The notes below the pieces were generated by a model, which had not been told where the DNA came from, did no database searches, and worked only from the letters and a program-made list of their open reading frames with translations. A stretch of 64,000 nucleotides of DNA from a virus: the IMG/VR virus record IMGVR_UViG_3300037882_001257, positions 888 through 64,887 of that record; one strand, 5' to 3'. The first letter of the stretch is position 1. Every line of letters begins with the position of its first letter. The position numbers and the translations under genes were made by a program. Below, piece by piece: positions 37,023 through 46,291 of the stretch.

Positions 37023-38991
37023 AAAACGCCTCGTCTATAGACTCTCTTTCGTCTGCAATAATATCTCCGAATTCTAGTATTTGTTGCGCACCCATAATCT
37101 TGTCAAGAAGAGTCAGACCTAGAATATCCATTTTAACCATTCCTATAGCTTCCAGGTCATTCATTTCCATACCAGCTACAACCGTCTTTTTCTTGGGGTC
37201 GTAAACCATTGGACAGCATTGAGATAGGGGTTCTTGAGAAATGATAACACCAGCAGCGTGCTTTGACTGGATAATCTTTGTGCCTTCCAGTCGCATAGCT
37301 TGCTCGAAGCGGTGTGCTAAAGGCCCTTGCAAAACCCCGTTGTCATTCATGGTACACCACTCAGCAAAGTCGCCAGCTTTCTCTTCCAGGGCAAATCTAA
37401 TAAGAGAAGCTTCGCCGGTTTCTTCCTTCATATGTTGAAGTTCACCAGCTACCTTAGAAGGTTCCGGGATAAGCTTTGTAATGCGATTTATCTCGTCAAA
37501 TGTCATATCCCCATAAGCGGAGAATACATCCTTAAGAGCCGCTCTACCTTTCATGGTTTGCAGCGTAATCATTTGACAAACTTTATCATGTCCATACTGT
37601 TGCTTGATATAGTCAATCACAGCATCTCTCTTGGTAGCTGGAACGTCCATATCAATATCAGGCAGTGAAATATTTTCCGCCGTATTACGACCCGCATTGT
37701 AGAACCTTTCAAATAACAAATCGTACTTAATAGGGTCTACGCTTGTAATGCCTGTGAGGCGCGATATGATGCTGCCGCCGCAACTGCCCCTAGAGCTACC
37801 CGCCAACCACCCGTTCTTTCTAATGAAATTAAGAATGTCTTGGCAAATGAGAAAATAACCCGATAGGTTAGCGCCCTCAACCACGTCTAATTCGTGCTTT
37901 ACTCTGTCTCCATAAAGCCCGTACTTGCTCTTATCAATTCTCTTGGCTAATCCACCCCATCCCTCTCGGCACAAGTATCTTAGGTACTCTTTAGGTTGCC
38001 CCTCATACGGAGCAGGACAAGCGAACGGCGGCAACTGCGGGTTCTTGGTAATCTCATAAGACTCAATCTTATCTGCTATTTCTAGCGTGTTATCTAGTTC
38101 TTCCTCGGTGTGCCCGAACCCTATCATTTCTTCTGCGGAAGGAATGTAGAATGCGTCACTGTTAAAGAACGAATTAAGTTGAAAGTCTGGTTTCTTGCCA
38201 CGAGCTATCGTCACGCCCATGCTGCGGCACAATAAGATAGCTTGGTCACTAGCTTGTTCTTGAAAGGCGTAGTGTGCATCGGGGGTGCAAATTACCGGAA
38301 TACCAGTCAATTGTGATAGCTTAGTAATGCAATCTGACAATTGAATTTGTATGGGAATAATACGCTTAGCATACCTTTGAGATTCCAAATAGAAGTTTCC
38401 CTTGCCAAACAAAACCTGTAGATAGTTGGCAAGAATGACCGCATCCTTTTCCCAGTTGGGCTTTATCTTATCATCCTCAACTATAGCGTTGGCGATATGA
38501 GAACCTAAGTGCCCACTGAAGCCTATGATAGAACCATCTAAGTAGGTGGCAAGCTGTTCCAGAGAGAGACGAGGGTGATAATAGAAGTGGTCAGGGTCAT
38601 TAGACGCCGATGTAATCTGGATGAGCTGTTTCCATCCGTGATAACTTTTGCTTAAGACCGGTATATGAGCCAGCTTTTTGTTCTCTGGAACTTTTAGCTT
38701 GGCATCATCTTTACTGATGTATAGCTCACAACCAATAATAGGTTTTAGTTTCGCAGGAGAAAAGGTCTCCATTGAACAAGTTAATGTAGGATGGTCATCC
38801 TTTTGCTTGCCGCACTGACACACGTTTTTGATGGCTTTGTGGAACTGGACCACGCCTGAAACAGTGCCGTGGTCCGTAAGCGCACAACTCCCGGAACCTA
38901 TCTCAACCGTTCTCGCAGCCATATGTTTAGGCTGAGAGAGTCCATCCAGCAAACTAAAATGGCTATGAGCATGTAGGGGAACGTATTTCAT
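37009..38991 (-). CDS. dnaE: DNA polymerase III alpha subunit, N-terminal half (PHP plus palm/thumb)
   Basis: YVPLHAHSHFSLLDG, ALTDHG, TPDAHY, GSSRGSCGGS, LLFERF, LPDIDMD, SKHAAGVII and KMDILGL. Confidence 0.93.
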   Translation of the reverse strand: MKYVPLHAHSHFSLLDGLSQPKHMAARTVEIGSGSCALTDHGTVSGVVQFHKAIKNVCQCGKQKDDHPTLTCSMETFSPAKLKPIIGCELYISKDDAKLKVPENKKLAHIPVLSKSYHGWKQLIQITSASNDPDHFYYHPRLSLEQLATYLDGSIIGFSGHLGSHIANAIVEDDKIKPNWEKDAVILANYLQVLFGKGNFYLESQRYAKRIIPIQIQLSDCITKLSQLTGIPVICTPDAHYAFQEQASDQAILLCRSMGVTIARGKKPDFQLNSFFNSDAFYIPSAEEMIGFGHTEEELDNTLEIADKIESYEITKNPQLPPFACPAPYEGQPKEYLRYLCREGWGGLAKRIDKSKYGLYGDRVKHELDVVEGANLSGYFLICQDILNFIRKNGWLAGSSRGSCGGSIISRLTGITSVDPIKYDLLFERFYNAGRNTAENISLPDIDMDVPATKRDAVIDYIKQQYGHDKVCQMITLQTMKGRAALKDVFSAYGDMTFDEINRITKLIPEPSKVAGELQHMKEETGEASLIRFALEEKAGDFAEWCTMNDNGVLQGPLAHRFEQAMRLEGTKIIQSKHAAGVIISQEPLSQCCPMVYDPKKKTVVAGMEMNDLEAIGMVKMDILGLTLLDKIMGAQQILEFGDIIADERESIDEAFYDSF

Positions 38992-39548
38992 TCATAGTCT
39001 TTCTTTATGTTTGGCTGTAAACCCGGAACTCTTTGCCCTAGAACGCTTTCGTCTAATTGACCTTCCTCTCCCTTTGGTTTGGGTTTCTGTTCGCCTTCCT
39101 TTGGTGGTAGCTTCTTTTCCATGACAATAGCTTGCCCCTCACCGAGTCCCTTCATCATAGCTTGGACCTTTTTGTGGGTGTCTCTTGAGTAGGGGATTTT
39201 GTAGACGCGAGGCTCCCGCTTTTTAATGCCGAAACCGGCAATCGTAATTACATCCTTTTGCTGTACAGAAAGGTCTGAAGCGGTTAGATAGATTTGCCCT
39301 AAGCCGGTAGTTGGCCCTGGTTCCACTACAGAAGCGCCGAAGAACCTATACTTTTGTGGTAGTGGGTCATCTATGGGCCAGCCTTTAATTTCCTGGATGG
39401 AGAACCACACGAACACACTCAAGAACGCTGTGGCCGCACACGCCCCTATCTTCAATAGCCAGTGAGTGCTGGACCCGTGGAAAATAAGCCACAGTAACAA
39501 AAGAATTACTGCGCTGATTGTGATTGGAATAATCATGGACTCAATCAT
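38988..39548 (-). CDS. Membrane protein (two N-terminal TM helices plus soluble domain), third gene of the ExbB-like trio
   Basis: Hydrophobic aa 5-50, then GWP and EPRVYKIPYS motifs. Confidence 0.55.
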   Translation of the reverse strand: MIESMIIPITISAVILLLLWLIFHGSSTHWLLKIGACAATAFLSVFVWFSIQEIKGWPIDDPLPQKYRFFGASVVEPGPTTGLGQIYLTASDLSVQQKDVITIAGFGIKKREPRVYKIPYSRDTHKKVQAMMKGLGEGQAIVMEKKLPPKEGEQKPKPKGEEGQLDESVLGQRVPGLQPNIKKDYE

Positions 39549-40165
39549 GGCTGTAGGCCCTCATTGATTGCTGTGAACGACTTAGGTACGGTCTTTGTTA
39601 TCTCTGCTACGTTGCCAGCCCTGTCTAGTGTAAAGCGACAAACGTGCTTTTCGTCTTTCTCTGCTGATAGAATTAGTTTGTCCTCAAAGACAGTCCTTAC
39701 ACTAGGATTCAACTGTTCAATTCTCACCTGCACCGGGGTATCGCCAAGGTGGAGTTTTTTAGCATAGAGCTGAACATTAAAGATGTACTCTCCCGGCAGG
39801 AACCCTCGTATGGTAAGAGTTTCCTTATTCTCTTTGAAAATCTTTCGTTCTCCATCGACAGTTATATATTGGTCGCTACTATCACCAATATCGTCCCTAT
39901 CCAGGTGCATTAAGCCGGCGTCTTTCTTGCCAAACCACGCAATGTTATGAGCAGGGTCTTCCACGTAAGTATCGACATCTACATTGATGTTTTCCGGCCA
40001 TTCAACCGTAATCATGTAGTCTGCCTTGACCACTATCTTGCGGTCCTGTTCTATCTTCTTTTGAAAGCTGACAAACGCCATGACTACTAGAAAACATATC
40101 ATCCAGTACATGCTAAGATTGGTCATAATATCGACCATTGCTGTGTCGTCGTCATTCTTATACAT
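39545..40165 (-). CDS. ExbD/TolR/MotB-like membrane-anchored protein
   Basis: AMVDIMTNL (Asp before/within the TM helix) followed by a TM helix and a beta-sandwich (DVDTYVEDP, GEYIFNVQLY). Confidence 0.5.
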   Translation of the reverse strand: MYKNDDDTAMVDIMTNLSMYWMICFLVVMAFVSFQKKIEQDRKIVVKADYMITVEWPENINVDVDTYVEDPAHNIAWFGKKDAGLMHLDRDDIGDSSDQYITVDGERKIFKENKETLTIRGFLPGEYIFNVQLYAKKLHLGDTPVQVRIEQLNPSVRTVFEDKLILSAEKDEKHVCRFTLDRAGNVAEITKTVPKSFTAINEGLQP

Positions 40166-40691
40166 CCTTTTCCTCCCTGTCTAGAATCTCACGGACTTTC
40201 AAAGCCTTTTCTAGATTAAAAGTTTGCAGAACGAGAAACATATTGATGACCAAACCGGCAATGGTAGTATACAGGGCAGTCGTAACGCCGACACCGGTTT
40301 CATTAAGAACGAGCCGCAGGCTGTCGGGGTTTGCAGTATCTAGCTTAGAGAATGCTTCTAAAGCCATCACGATGCCAATACCTGTTCCTAAGAACCCTAA
40401 TTTAGATGCTATACTAGCACCTAGCCAGCCCTCTTCTTTGGCGTTCTGGTAGATACTGACTAACTTAGACTTTTTATCTGTAATGTAATGCTTACCCATC
40501 GCATACAGATAAGTGATAACACCGAGTCTCAATGATAGTGCAGTACCACCAACGATAATGCCCCATGTTATAAACGTAGGGTCATTCTTGTTGATTAGGG
40601 TTGACAGTCCCGACAAGTGCCCTACAATAAACACAGTTATCATACCAACAAATACCAACAGCCATCTCAAAAACACGATTGGGTTTTTCAT
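40158..40691 (-). CDS. MotA/TolQ/ExbB proton channel family protein
   Basis: LGFLGTGIGIVMAL and ALYTTIAGL signatures; 3-4 TM helices. Confidence 0.8.
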   Translation of the reverse strand: MKNPIVFLRWLLVFVGMITVFIVGHLSGLSTLINKNDPTFITWGIIVGGTALSLRLGVITYLYAMGKHYITDKKSKLVSIYQNAKEEGWLGASIASKLGFLGTGIGIVMALEAFSKLDTANPDSLRLVLNETGVGVTTALYTTIAGLVINMFLVLQTFNLEKALKVREILDREEKDV

Positions 40692-41753
40692 CTAAATACT
40701 CCCTGGGTTCCTATACTCCGTAAAGTCGTATCCATCCTTCTTCATATGTTGAATAACCTTATCCATTGGTCTGTGCTTCAAAGCAAAGTGAATCTGGTCA
40801 CACTGATTCATAAAATTACCATTGGAATACGTTAGCGGGACCACGTTGGTTCCCTCGAAGGTATTTTTATTAAGCGGGCAAAATGCACACGGTGACTTAA
40901 ACAAGGGGACGTTTCTGTGAATGTCCTTGAATCGGAGAGGATTTGTAGTAGCCTTAATAATTTCAATCTTCTCTCGAATCTGTTGCAGGGTGCCTACTAT
41001 ATCGTTCTTTTCAAAAAACATGGTAAAAGGTCCACCGTCTTTGATGTAAAAAACGGTGACTACCAAGTGTTCTATTTCTGGAAACAATTTAAAAACAGCT
41101 AAGTGGTATAATCTCAACTGCAAATCAACTAGAAAATCATCGTAGGTCTTTTCCGGTCTACCTACTTTACCCCAATTCACACGCGAGCCAGTTTTCCAGT
41201 CTACAATCTCATAGACACCCTTAGATATTTCCCGTATGAAGTCTATGCTTCCCATTGCGGCAATAGTGCCGTCAAGTATCGTTCCATCTACTAACTCATA
41301 GCGATATTTAGCCCATTCTTCTGGCAGCGGAAAGTCGAACTTCCCTTCGGTTCTAATGATGTGGCTTTTTCTAGGGTCATAAGCTCCGTTCTTATAAGAG
41401 ACTGCTTCATGGGCCCACTTCTTACAGTCTCTCTTGTCGGCCTTAGCCCACTTGTGATGTGAGAAAGCGGTGCTATAATAGTCATAGACTTCGTCAATCA
41501 AGGGGTCTAATTTTATCTTCTCGACCTTGGACGTTACCTCTCCAAAGACTTCATCTTCAAAGTGTGGCAGTCCGTCCTGTTGAGCTTTCTTAGCACTGGC
41601 AAGAATCTCCATCACTTTGTGTACAATGGTGCCTTTGTCTGCGGCCTTATTAGAGGGCCCAGCCCATCCTAAAATGTACTCTCCAAACATTTTCATTTGG
41701 CACATTTCGTGAGTGCCATACATGGAGGAGCGTAAGTAAGTAATGGGAATCAT
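40692..41753 (-). CDS. Cas4/RecB-like PD-(D/E)xK exonuclease
   Basis: GTIVHKVME, GSIDF, IVDWKTG and LQLRLY motifs; Cys at HEMC and CAFCP...QC give a 1+3 Fe-S pattern. Confidence 0.8.
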   Translation of the reverse strand: MIPITYLRSSMYGTHEMCQMKMFGEYILGWAGPSNKAADKGTIVHKVMEILASAKKAQQDGLPHFEDEVFGEVTSKVEKIKLDPLIDEVYDYYSTAFSHHKWAKADKRDCKKWAHEAVSYKNGAYDPRKSHIIRTEGKFDFPLPEEWAKYRYELVDGTILDGTIAAMGSIDFIREISKGVYEIVDWKTGSRVNWGKVGRPEKTYDDFLVDLQLRLYHLAVFKLFPEIEHLVVTVFYIKDGGPFTMFFEKNDIVGTLQQIREKIEIIKATTNPLRFKDIHRNVPLFKSPCAFCPLNKNTFEGTNVVPLTYSNGNFMNQCDQIHFALKHRPMDKVIQHMKKDGYDFTEYRNPGSI

Positions 41754-42476
41754 TTACCGGTTCTTCCGAAGGTATGTAGTGAACCAGTCGAACACCATCG
41801 TATTCTTTTCCAAAAGGGTTAGTGACTCGTTCTCTATCACTAGGTCAAAGTTTCTCCAGCTAAAATTATGTTGGTCAAGCGCAGTCTCAGAGTGATGGTC
41901 AGATTGGTAGGGGTCTCTACAAAGCCTAATAACAATGCCTCCCTTGTCTTTAATGCCGTGTACTTCGTTAGGGAAACGAACATCAGGTATGAAGATTATA
42001 TCAACAGAGGGTTTCTTGGCGATTGTTCTGAATGCTGTCTCTACCCATATGTTGGGGTTCATCTTGCGAAAGATTTCAGTGCCAACATATTGCATGACTT
42101 CGCGTGCAGTCATAGCTCCGCTATCGTGAGGGACTAAGTCCCAATCGTAACAAATGTTGCCCCATTTATCTTCAAAAGAAGGGTTAACAACCCCTGGCAT
42201 ATCCTCCCACTTGTACTGCGTAGCAGTATTCTTTTGCTCGTCAGTCCCATAAACCTGTTCATGGGTCAACCCCATAACATTCTTGATTAAATCCTTCAGA
42301 GGTTCTGCAAACGTAAAGATGTCACACTTGTCGTGTAACTCGTTAACCAAAAACTCCGCTGTCGAACTCTTACCTGATTGTTTTCGGCCTGAAATGCCAA
42401 CTATTAATGGTTTGCCGCTCATGTATTCAAATAGCCTCCATAAACATCTAGTTTTTGTAGTATTGGCCTTAACCAA
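41754..42476 (-). CDS. Deoxynucleoside monophosphate kinase
   Basis: GISGRKQSGKS, FAEPLK, AREVMQYVGTE, IPDVRFPNE and HHSE motifs. Confidence 0.88.
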   Translation of the reverse strand: MVKANTTKTRCLWRLFEYMSGKPLIVGISGRKQSGKSSTAEFLVNELHDKCDIFTFAEPLKDLIKNVMGLTHEQVYGTDEQKNTATQYKWEDMPGVVNPSFEDKWGNICYDWDLVPHDSGAMTAREVMQYVGTEIFRKMNPNIWVETAFRTIAKKPSVDIIFIPDVRFPNEVHGIKDKGGIVIRLCRDPYQSDHHSETALDQHNFSWRNFDLVIENESLTLLEKNTMVFDWFTTYLRKNR

Positions 42477-43588
42477 TCGTTTACGTCCGAAGGACTCATA
42501 TCTCCAACATCCGACTTATTAGGCTTGATGCCAATAATATTGTATTGGTCGTTACACTTCTTCTTTACGTCTGCAATTAGAGTGTCCCCACCGGCGTCGT
42601 TATCGCCTACTACTAATATACTGAGCGCACCGCTGCCGTCAAGCAACCTTTTCTGGCCGCTCGACAAGCTAGTACCAAAAGTAGCCACGGAATTGCAAAT
42701 CTCCGCTTCCTCAATTCTCCATACGTTTCCAGGGCTTTCTACCACGATTACGATACCGCTTCTCTTAATGCAGACTTTCGCAGAAGAAAAGTTGTATAGC
42801 GTGTTCTCCCCATCAAACCCCTTAGAGTGTTTCCATTTTGAGTATAACCACCGCTTTTCGACTGCCGGGCATTCCCCTTCGTGGTAAGATTGGCACTTTG
42901 GGCACTCACTGAACAAACTCCGACCTGTGCAACCCACCAAAAAATGCCCTGTGGCGTCGTACACGGGCACTACGGCGCGTTTATAAAAGGGTTTGGCCGG
43001 ATTGAGGCACGTTCCTACGTCGTATTTAACCAAGACCTCTGGCGAATAGCGACGATTTAGGTAGTAGGGGCACGGAATAACTAACCCCGACTTTAACACG
43101 TCGTCTCTAGTGGCCTCGTACTGTTTTAACTGATGTTGCCCAGTAATCTTACTTAGGCTCGTAAACTTCTTCTTTTCTACTTCTTCTTCCGTTACAGAGT
43201 GTAAGGAATAGTCTTTGTTTAAGATAGAGGTGCAATAGTCAACAGCATCCTGAAATGATACTGCCTCATCACCGGGAAATTCCCAGTTGTGCCTAACATG
43301 TGATAAAACCCCTCTAATGAACCCGATTGCTGTTGCTACAAATTCCTTTTCGCAACCACGAGTATTACATCTCCAATTACCCTTGTATGTTTCCCCGGTC
43401 AGATAAAGATTGACCGCGCTGTTCTTATCCCCGCCATGAACAGGACAAGGCCCGATTAGCATTTTGCCAATGGGCCTGATGTCTATATTCAGAGCATGTA
43501 TAAACAAGTCTATGTTATCGACTATGTCATTGCCAAGCTCATATAGCTGTTCTTGATTTAGATTAGGTTTCCCAGGCGATTTTGTCAT
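42419..43588 (-). CDS. dnaG: DNA primase (CHC2 zinc finger plus TOPRIM)
   Basis: GPCPVHGGD...WRCNTRGC; IVVES; VGDNDAGG; KSDVGDM. Confidence 0.85.
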   Translation of the reverse strand: MTKSPGKPNLNQEQLYELGNDIVDNIDLFIHALNIDIRPIGKMLIGPCPVHGGDKNSAVNLYLTGETYKGNWRCNTRGCEKEFVATAIGFIRGVLSHVRHNWEFPGDEAVSFQDAVDYCTSILNKDYSLHSVTEEEVEKKKFTSLSKITGQHQLKQYEATRDDVLKSGLVIPCPYYLNRRYSPEVLVKYDVGTCLNPAKPFYKRAVVPVYDATGHFLVGCTGRSLFSECPKCQSYHEGECPAVEKRWLYSKWKHSKGFDGENTLYNFSSAKVCIKRSGIVIVVESPGNVWRIEEAEICNSVATFGTSLSSGQKRLLDGSGALSILVVGDNDAGGDTLIADVKKKCNDQYNIIGIKPNKSDVGDMSPSDVNDWLRPILQKLDVYGGYLNT

Positions 43589-45050
43589 CGTCCGCTATTT
43601 CTGTAGAGAATCCCTTAGCACTCTTTTTTCCTGCCTGAGATTTCAGCCCCAGCTCTTTAATCTGACCACACCACAGCCTAGCATCTACATTGATATAGTC
43701 ACCAAACATCATACCGCTGCCGTGGCGAGCGTCAGTAACGACCATCTTATGTGTGCCATTCTCAGGACCGTCCTCAGCTATTTCTTCGTCGGACTTACGC
43801 TTGAAGATGGTGAAATTGCTACACAACCAAACAATACGGTCAGAACCCGCCGCTGCGCTGTTCTTCTCGCTGTCAATACCGTCTCTATTGAGTTGCATCA
43901 ATGTAAGAAACGGTACGTCATACCTGACAGAAAAATTATGTAAGGCGGTCATCATAAAACCTAAGAGTTGGTATTCCTTAATGTCGCCCTTTATCTCACT
44001 AGCATCCATGAGCTTGAGATAGTCATAGATAATAACACAGGGCTTAGCTTTGCCCTCACCATCTAAACCCACTTCCTTAACAATCCACCGTCTCATCGTA
44101 GCGATAATTTCTTCAAACGGTGCGCCGGCAATGGACTTGTGGAAATAGGGGATTGATTTAAAACCTTTTGCGGCCTCTCTGACCTTGGTAAGTTTATAAG
44201 GGTCTTTCCCTATTTGACCGGTTTCAATGTCGTTGATAGCTACCCCACTTAACATCGCCAAGGTGCGGTCTTTGTGGTCTGACCCCTGCATTTCAGTGTC
44301 GAGGTTTAACACTGGCATATCATATGTTTTAGCTATATGATAACCCATGCTGTCAGTGAGGAATGTTTTACCGGTCTTAGTTCTAGCACCAATGATATTA
44401 ACAGTGCCACGTCTTAGACCACCACCAATGGCCCTGTCATACTCTGGAAAACCCGTTGGTATACCCAACTGAGTGACCGGATTATCTATTAGGTGCTGTA
44501 GATAATCTTCAATGCCCTCACCTAGCTTTTTCGGCTCGTTGTCATTATCATTGAGCAGCGAAGAAAAATCAAAGATAGCATCTTCTGCAATGCCTAGAAT
44601 TTGCACCACTGGCTCAGTGCCCTGAATCTCTAGGATGCGCCCCTGTGCCCCCTCTAATTGTTCATGGAGCAACCGAGCAATCTGTAGCTTGCGAATCTTT
44701 GCCGCAAACATACGCACGTTCTGTATGCTGACCGGAAACTGAGCAATGGCATTCATATGCTCTAGTTCTGTCTGTTTCTCGAAAAGCCCCTCCAACCCCA
44801 ACTCTTTTGCTGCGGAAAGAACAGAGGGCAAATCGGGTACGAAGTTCTTGTTAGACTCGAACTTGTGCTTGAGACACTGATAGATAACAGTGTTAGAATT
44901 AATCGTAAAAGTGTCTGGATTGAGCAAGTCTACAACATCGTAAAACGCCTCTTCTCCAAACTTAAAAATGCCCGCTAGTACCGCACGTTCAGCCGCCTTA
45001 TCCCGTAACGCTGCTGTGACTGCTGACATTAACCTCTCCCTCGGACACAC
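43563..45050 (-). CDS. dnaB: Replicative DNA helicase
   Basis: AAERAVLAGI, GIPTGFPEYD, GARTKTGKT, IIYDYL, QLNR and DARHG. Confidence 0.93.
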   Translation of the reverse strand: MCPRERLMSAVTAALRDKAAERAVLAGIFKFGEEAFYDVVDLLNPDTFTINSNTVIYQCLKHKFESNKNFVPDLPSVLSAAKELGLEGLFEKQTELEHMNAIAQFPVSIQNVRMFAAKIRKLQIARLLHEQLEGAQGRILEIQGTEPVVQILGIAEDAIFDFSSLLNDNDNEPKKLGEGIEDYLQHLIDNPVTQLGIPTGFPEYDRAIGGGLRRGTVNIIGARTKTGKTFLTDSMGYHIAKTYDMPVLNLDTEMQGSDHKDRTLAMLSGVAINDIETGQIGKDPYKLTKVREAAKGFKSIPYFHKSIAGAPFEEIIATMRRWIVKEVGLDGEGKAKPCVIIYDYLKLMDASEIKGDIKEYQLLGFMMTALHNFSVRYDVPFLTLMQLNRDGIDSEKNSAAAGSDRIVWLCSNFTIFKRKSDEEIAEDGPENGTHKMVVTDARHGSGMMFGDYINVDARLWCGQIKELGLKSQAGKKSAKGFSTEIADDDKIAWET

Positions 45051-45415
45051 TTGTTACAAATATACCCAACATCCTTACTCTCATCGTCTCGAATCAAGAA
45101 CTTAGGATGTACGCTCTTTTCAGTTCCACACCGGAGACATTTACTTAGAACAAATTGCACCTTGGGCCGTCTTTGGGTGGGCTTCTTCTTGTTCTTGTAG
45201 ATAGGGTCAATCTTCTTTTGCCAAGCAGTATCAGCCTTGAACATATCCTTGACATCCATATCATCAAAGAGATTGGGTCGTACCGCTGGCTCGGCCACCT
45301 TTTTCTTAGGTCTACCGCGCCCCTTCTTTACAGGGGTTTCATCTGCAATGATTTCCTGTATATCGTCCTCTGTTAACTCCGCTAGAAGTTTCAATAATAG
45401 TTCTTTCTTACTCAT
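45029..45415 (-). CDS. Hypothetical protein with C-terminal zinc ribbon
   Basis: CLRC...CNKC; AT-hook-like KKGRGRPKK. Confidence 0.5.
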   Translation of the reverse strand: MSKKELLLKLLAELTEDDIQEIIADETPVKKGRGRPKKKVAEPAVRPNLFDDMDVKDMFKADTAWQKKIDPIYKNKKKPTQRRPKVQFVLSKCLRCGTEKSVHPKFLIRDDESKDVGYICNKCVRGRG

Positions 45416-45900
45416 CTGTTTTCAAAAGCCTTTGCTCGTTGATTGTTTTCAAAAGACCGCGACAAAGATTGTAAACTGTCCGCTAGGCTCTTAAGCCTGA
45501 GAGACCGCTGCTTGGACTGGCTGTGTAATTTCAAAAGCTCTTGCAATGGAGCATTGTCCTTTGCAATCATAAAAGCTTTGACTTCGTGCTTACCGTAGAC
45601 ATCCTTATAGGATAGCCATTGCTTAGCGACTATATCGTTTGCCGCATCATCCGACCACTGGGCCGTCGCGGTCTCTCTATTATACATGCGCTGGATGTGA
45701 AAAGCAAAGGCCGACAGGCGAGCGGCAATTGCCGAGCATTGAGAGGGGGTTAAAGCCTCTATATCGGTTCTAGAAAGATTGAGGTAAGCCTGAAGCTCGT
45801 CCTCACTTCCAGGTGGAAAAGCAATCGGTAATCCAGTCTTAACTTCGTACAGGTCTAAAGCCTTCTGTACATCCTCGTTCCTATCAGATATGTTCTTCAT
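45412..45900 (-). CDS. Hypothetical helical protein (possible UvsY-like mediator)
   Basis: All-helical with a coiled-coil C-terminus; lies near recA. Function inferred from position only. Confidence 0.35.
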   Translation of the reverse strand: MKNISDRNEDVQKALDLYEVKTGLPIAFPPGSEDELQAYLNLSRTDIEALTPSQCSAIAARLSAFAFHIQRMYNRETATAQWSDDAANDIVAKQWLSYKDVYGKHEVKAFMIAKDNAPLQELLKLHSQSKQRSLRLKSLADSLQSLSRSFENNQRAKAFENR

Positions 45901-46291
45901 TAAACTTATCTCTCCATTCCTCTATGCTCTCGTTATAGTTCAAAGATATAACTTGAATGTTGTTCAGTTCGCACCACTGTATTTTTTGTGCGTCCCTTTG
46001 CCTGTGTTGGAGAAACCCGTAAGCTGTCCCATGAAAGAAAGGCACAAACTTGAAATGCTGTTCTCCGTGTACTTCAACGGCGGTCCCTAACACAGGTATG
46101 TAAAAGTCCAGATACAGTCTGTCCTTTTTAGAAATGGGTATAGTTACCTCTTCTAAAATCATCACTGTAGGAAATATCTGATGTAGAAACTGGCGTGCCA
46201 GATTATGCCACTGACTACATTTAGTCTTAGCATTGCTCTTAGCCACGGGATTCCATTCTACTGAAACCCCGTCTATTGTTTGTACTTTCAC
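45884..46291 (-). CDS. PD-(D/E)xK (DUF559/Vsr-like) endonuclease
   Basis: LYLDFYIP...AVEVHGEQH; RDAQKIQWCELN. Confidence 0.7.
   Translation of the reverse strand: MKVQTIDGVSVEWNPVAKSNAKTKCSQWHNLARQFLHQIFPTVMILEEVTIPISKKDRLYLDFYIPVLGTAVEVHGEQHFKFVPFFHGTAYGFLQHRQRDAQKIQWCELNNIQVISLNYNESIEEWRDKFNEEHI

Noticed and set aside
34462-38991. Split intein or group I intron explaining the dnaE split
   Set aside because: No Cys/Ser-start intein N-block or His-Asn C-terminus is present, the usual FNKSH insertion site is intact, and the gap is fully occupied by two coupled genes.
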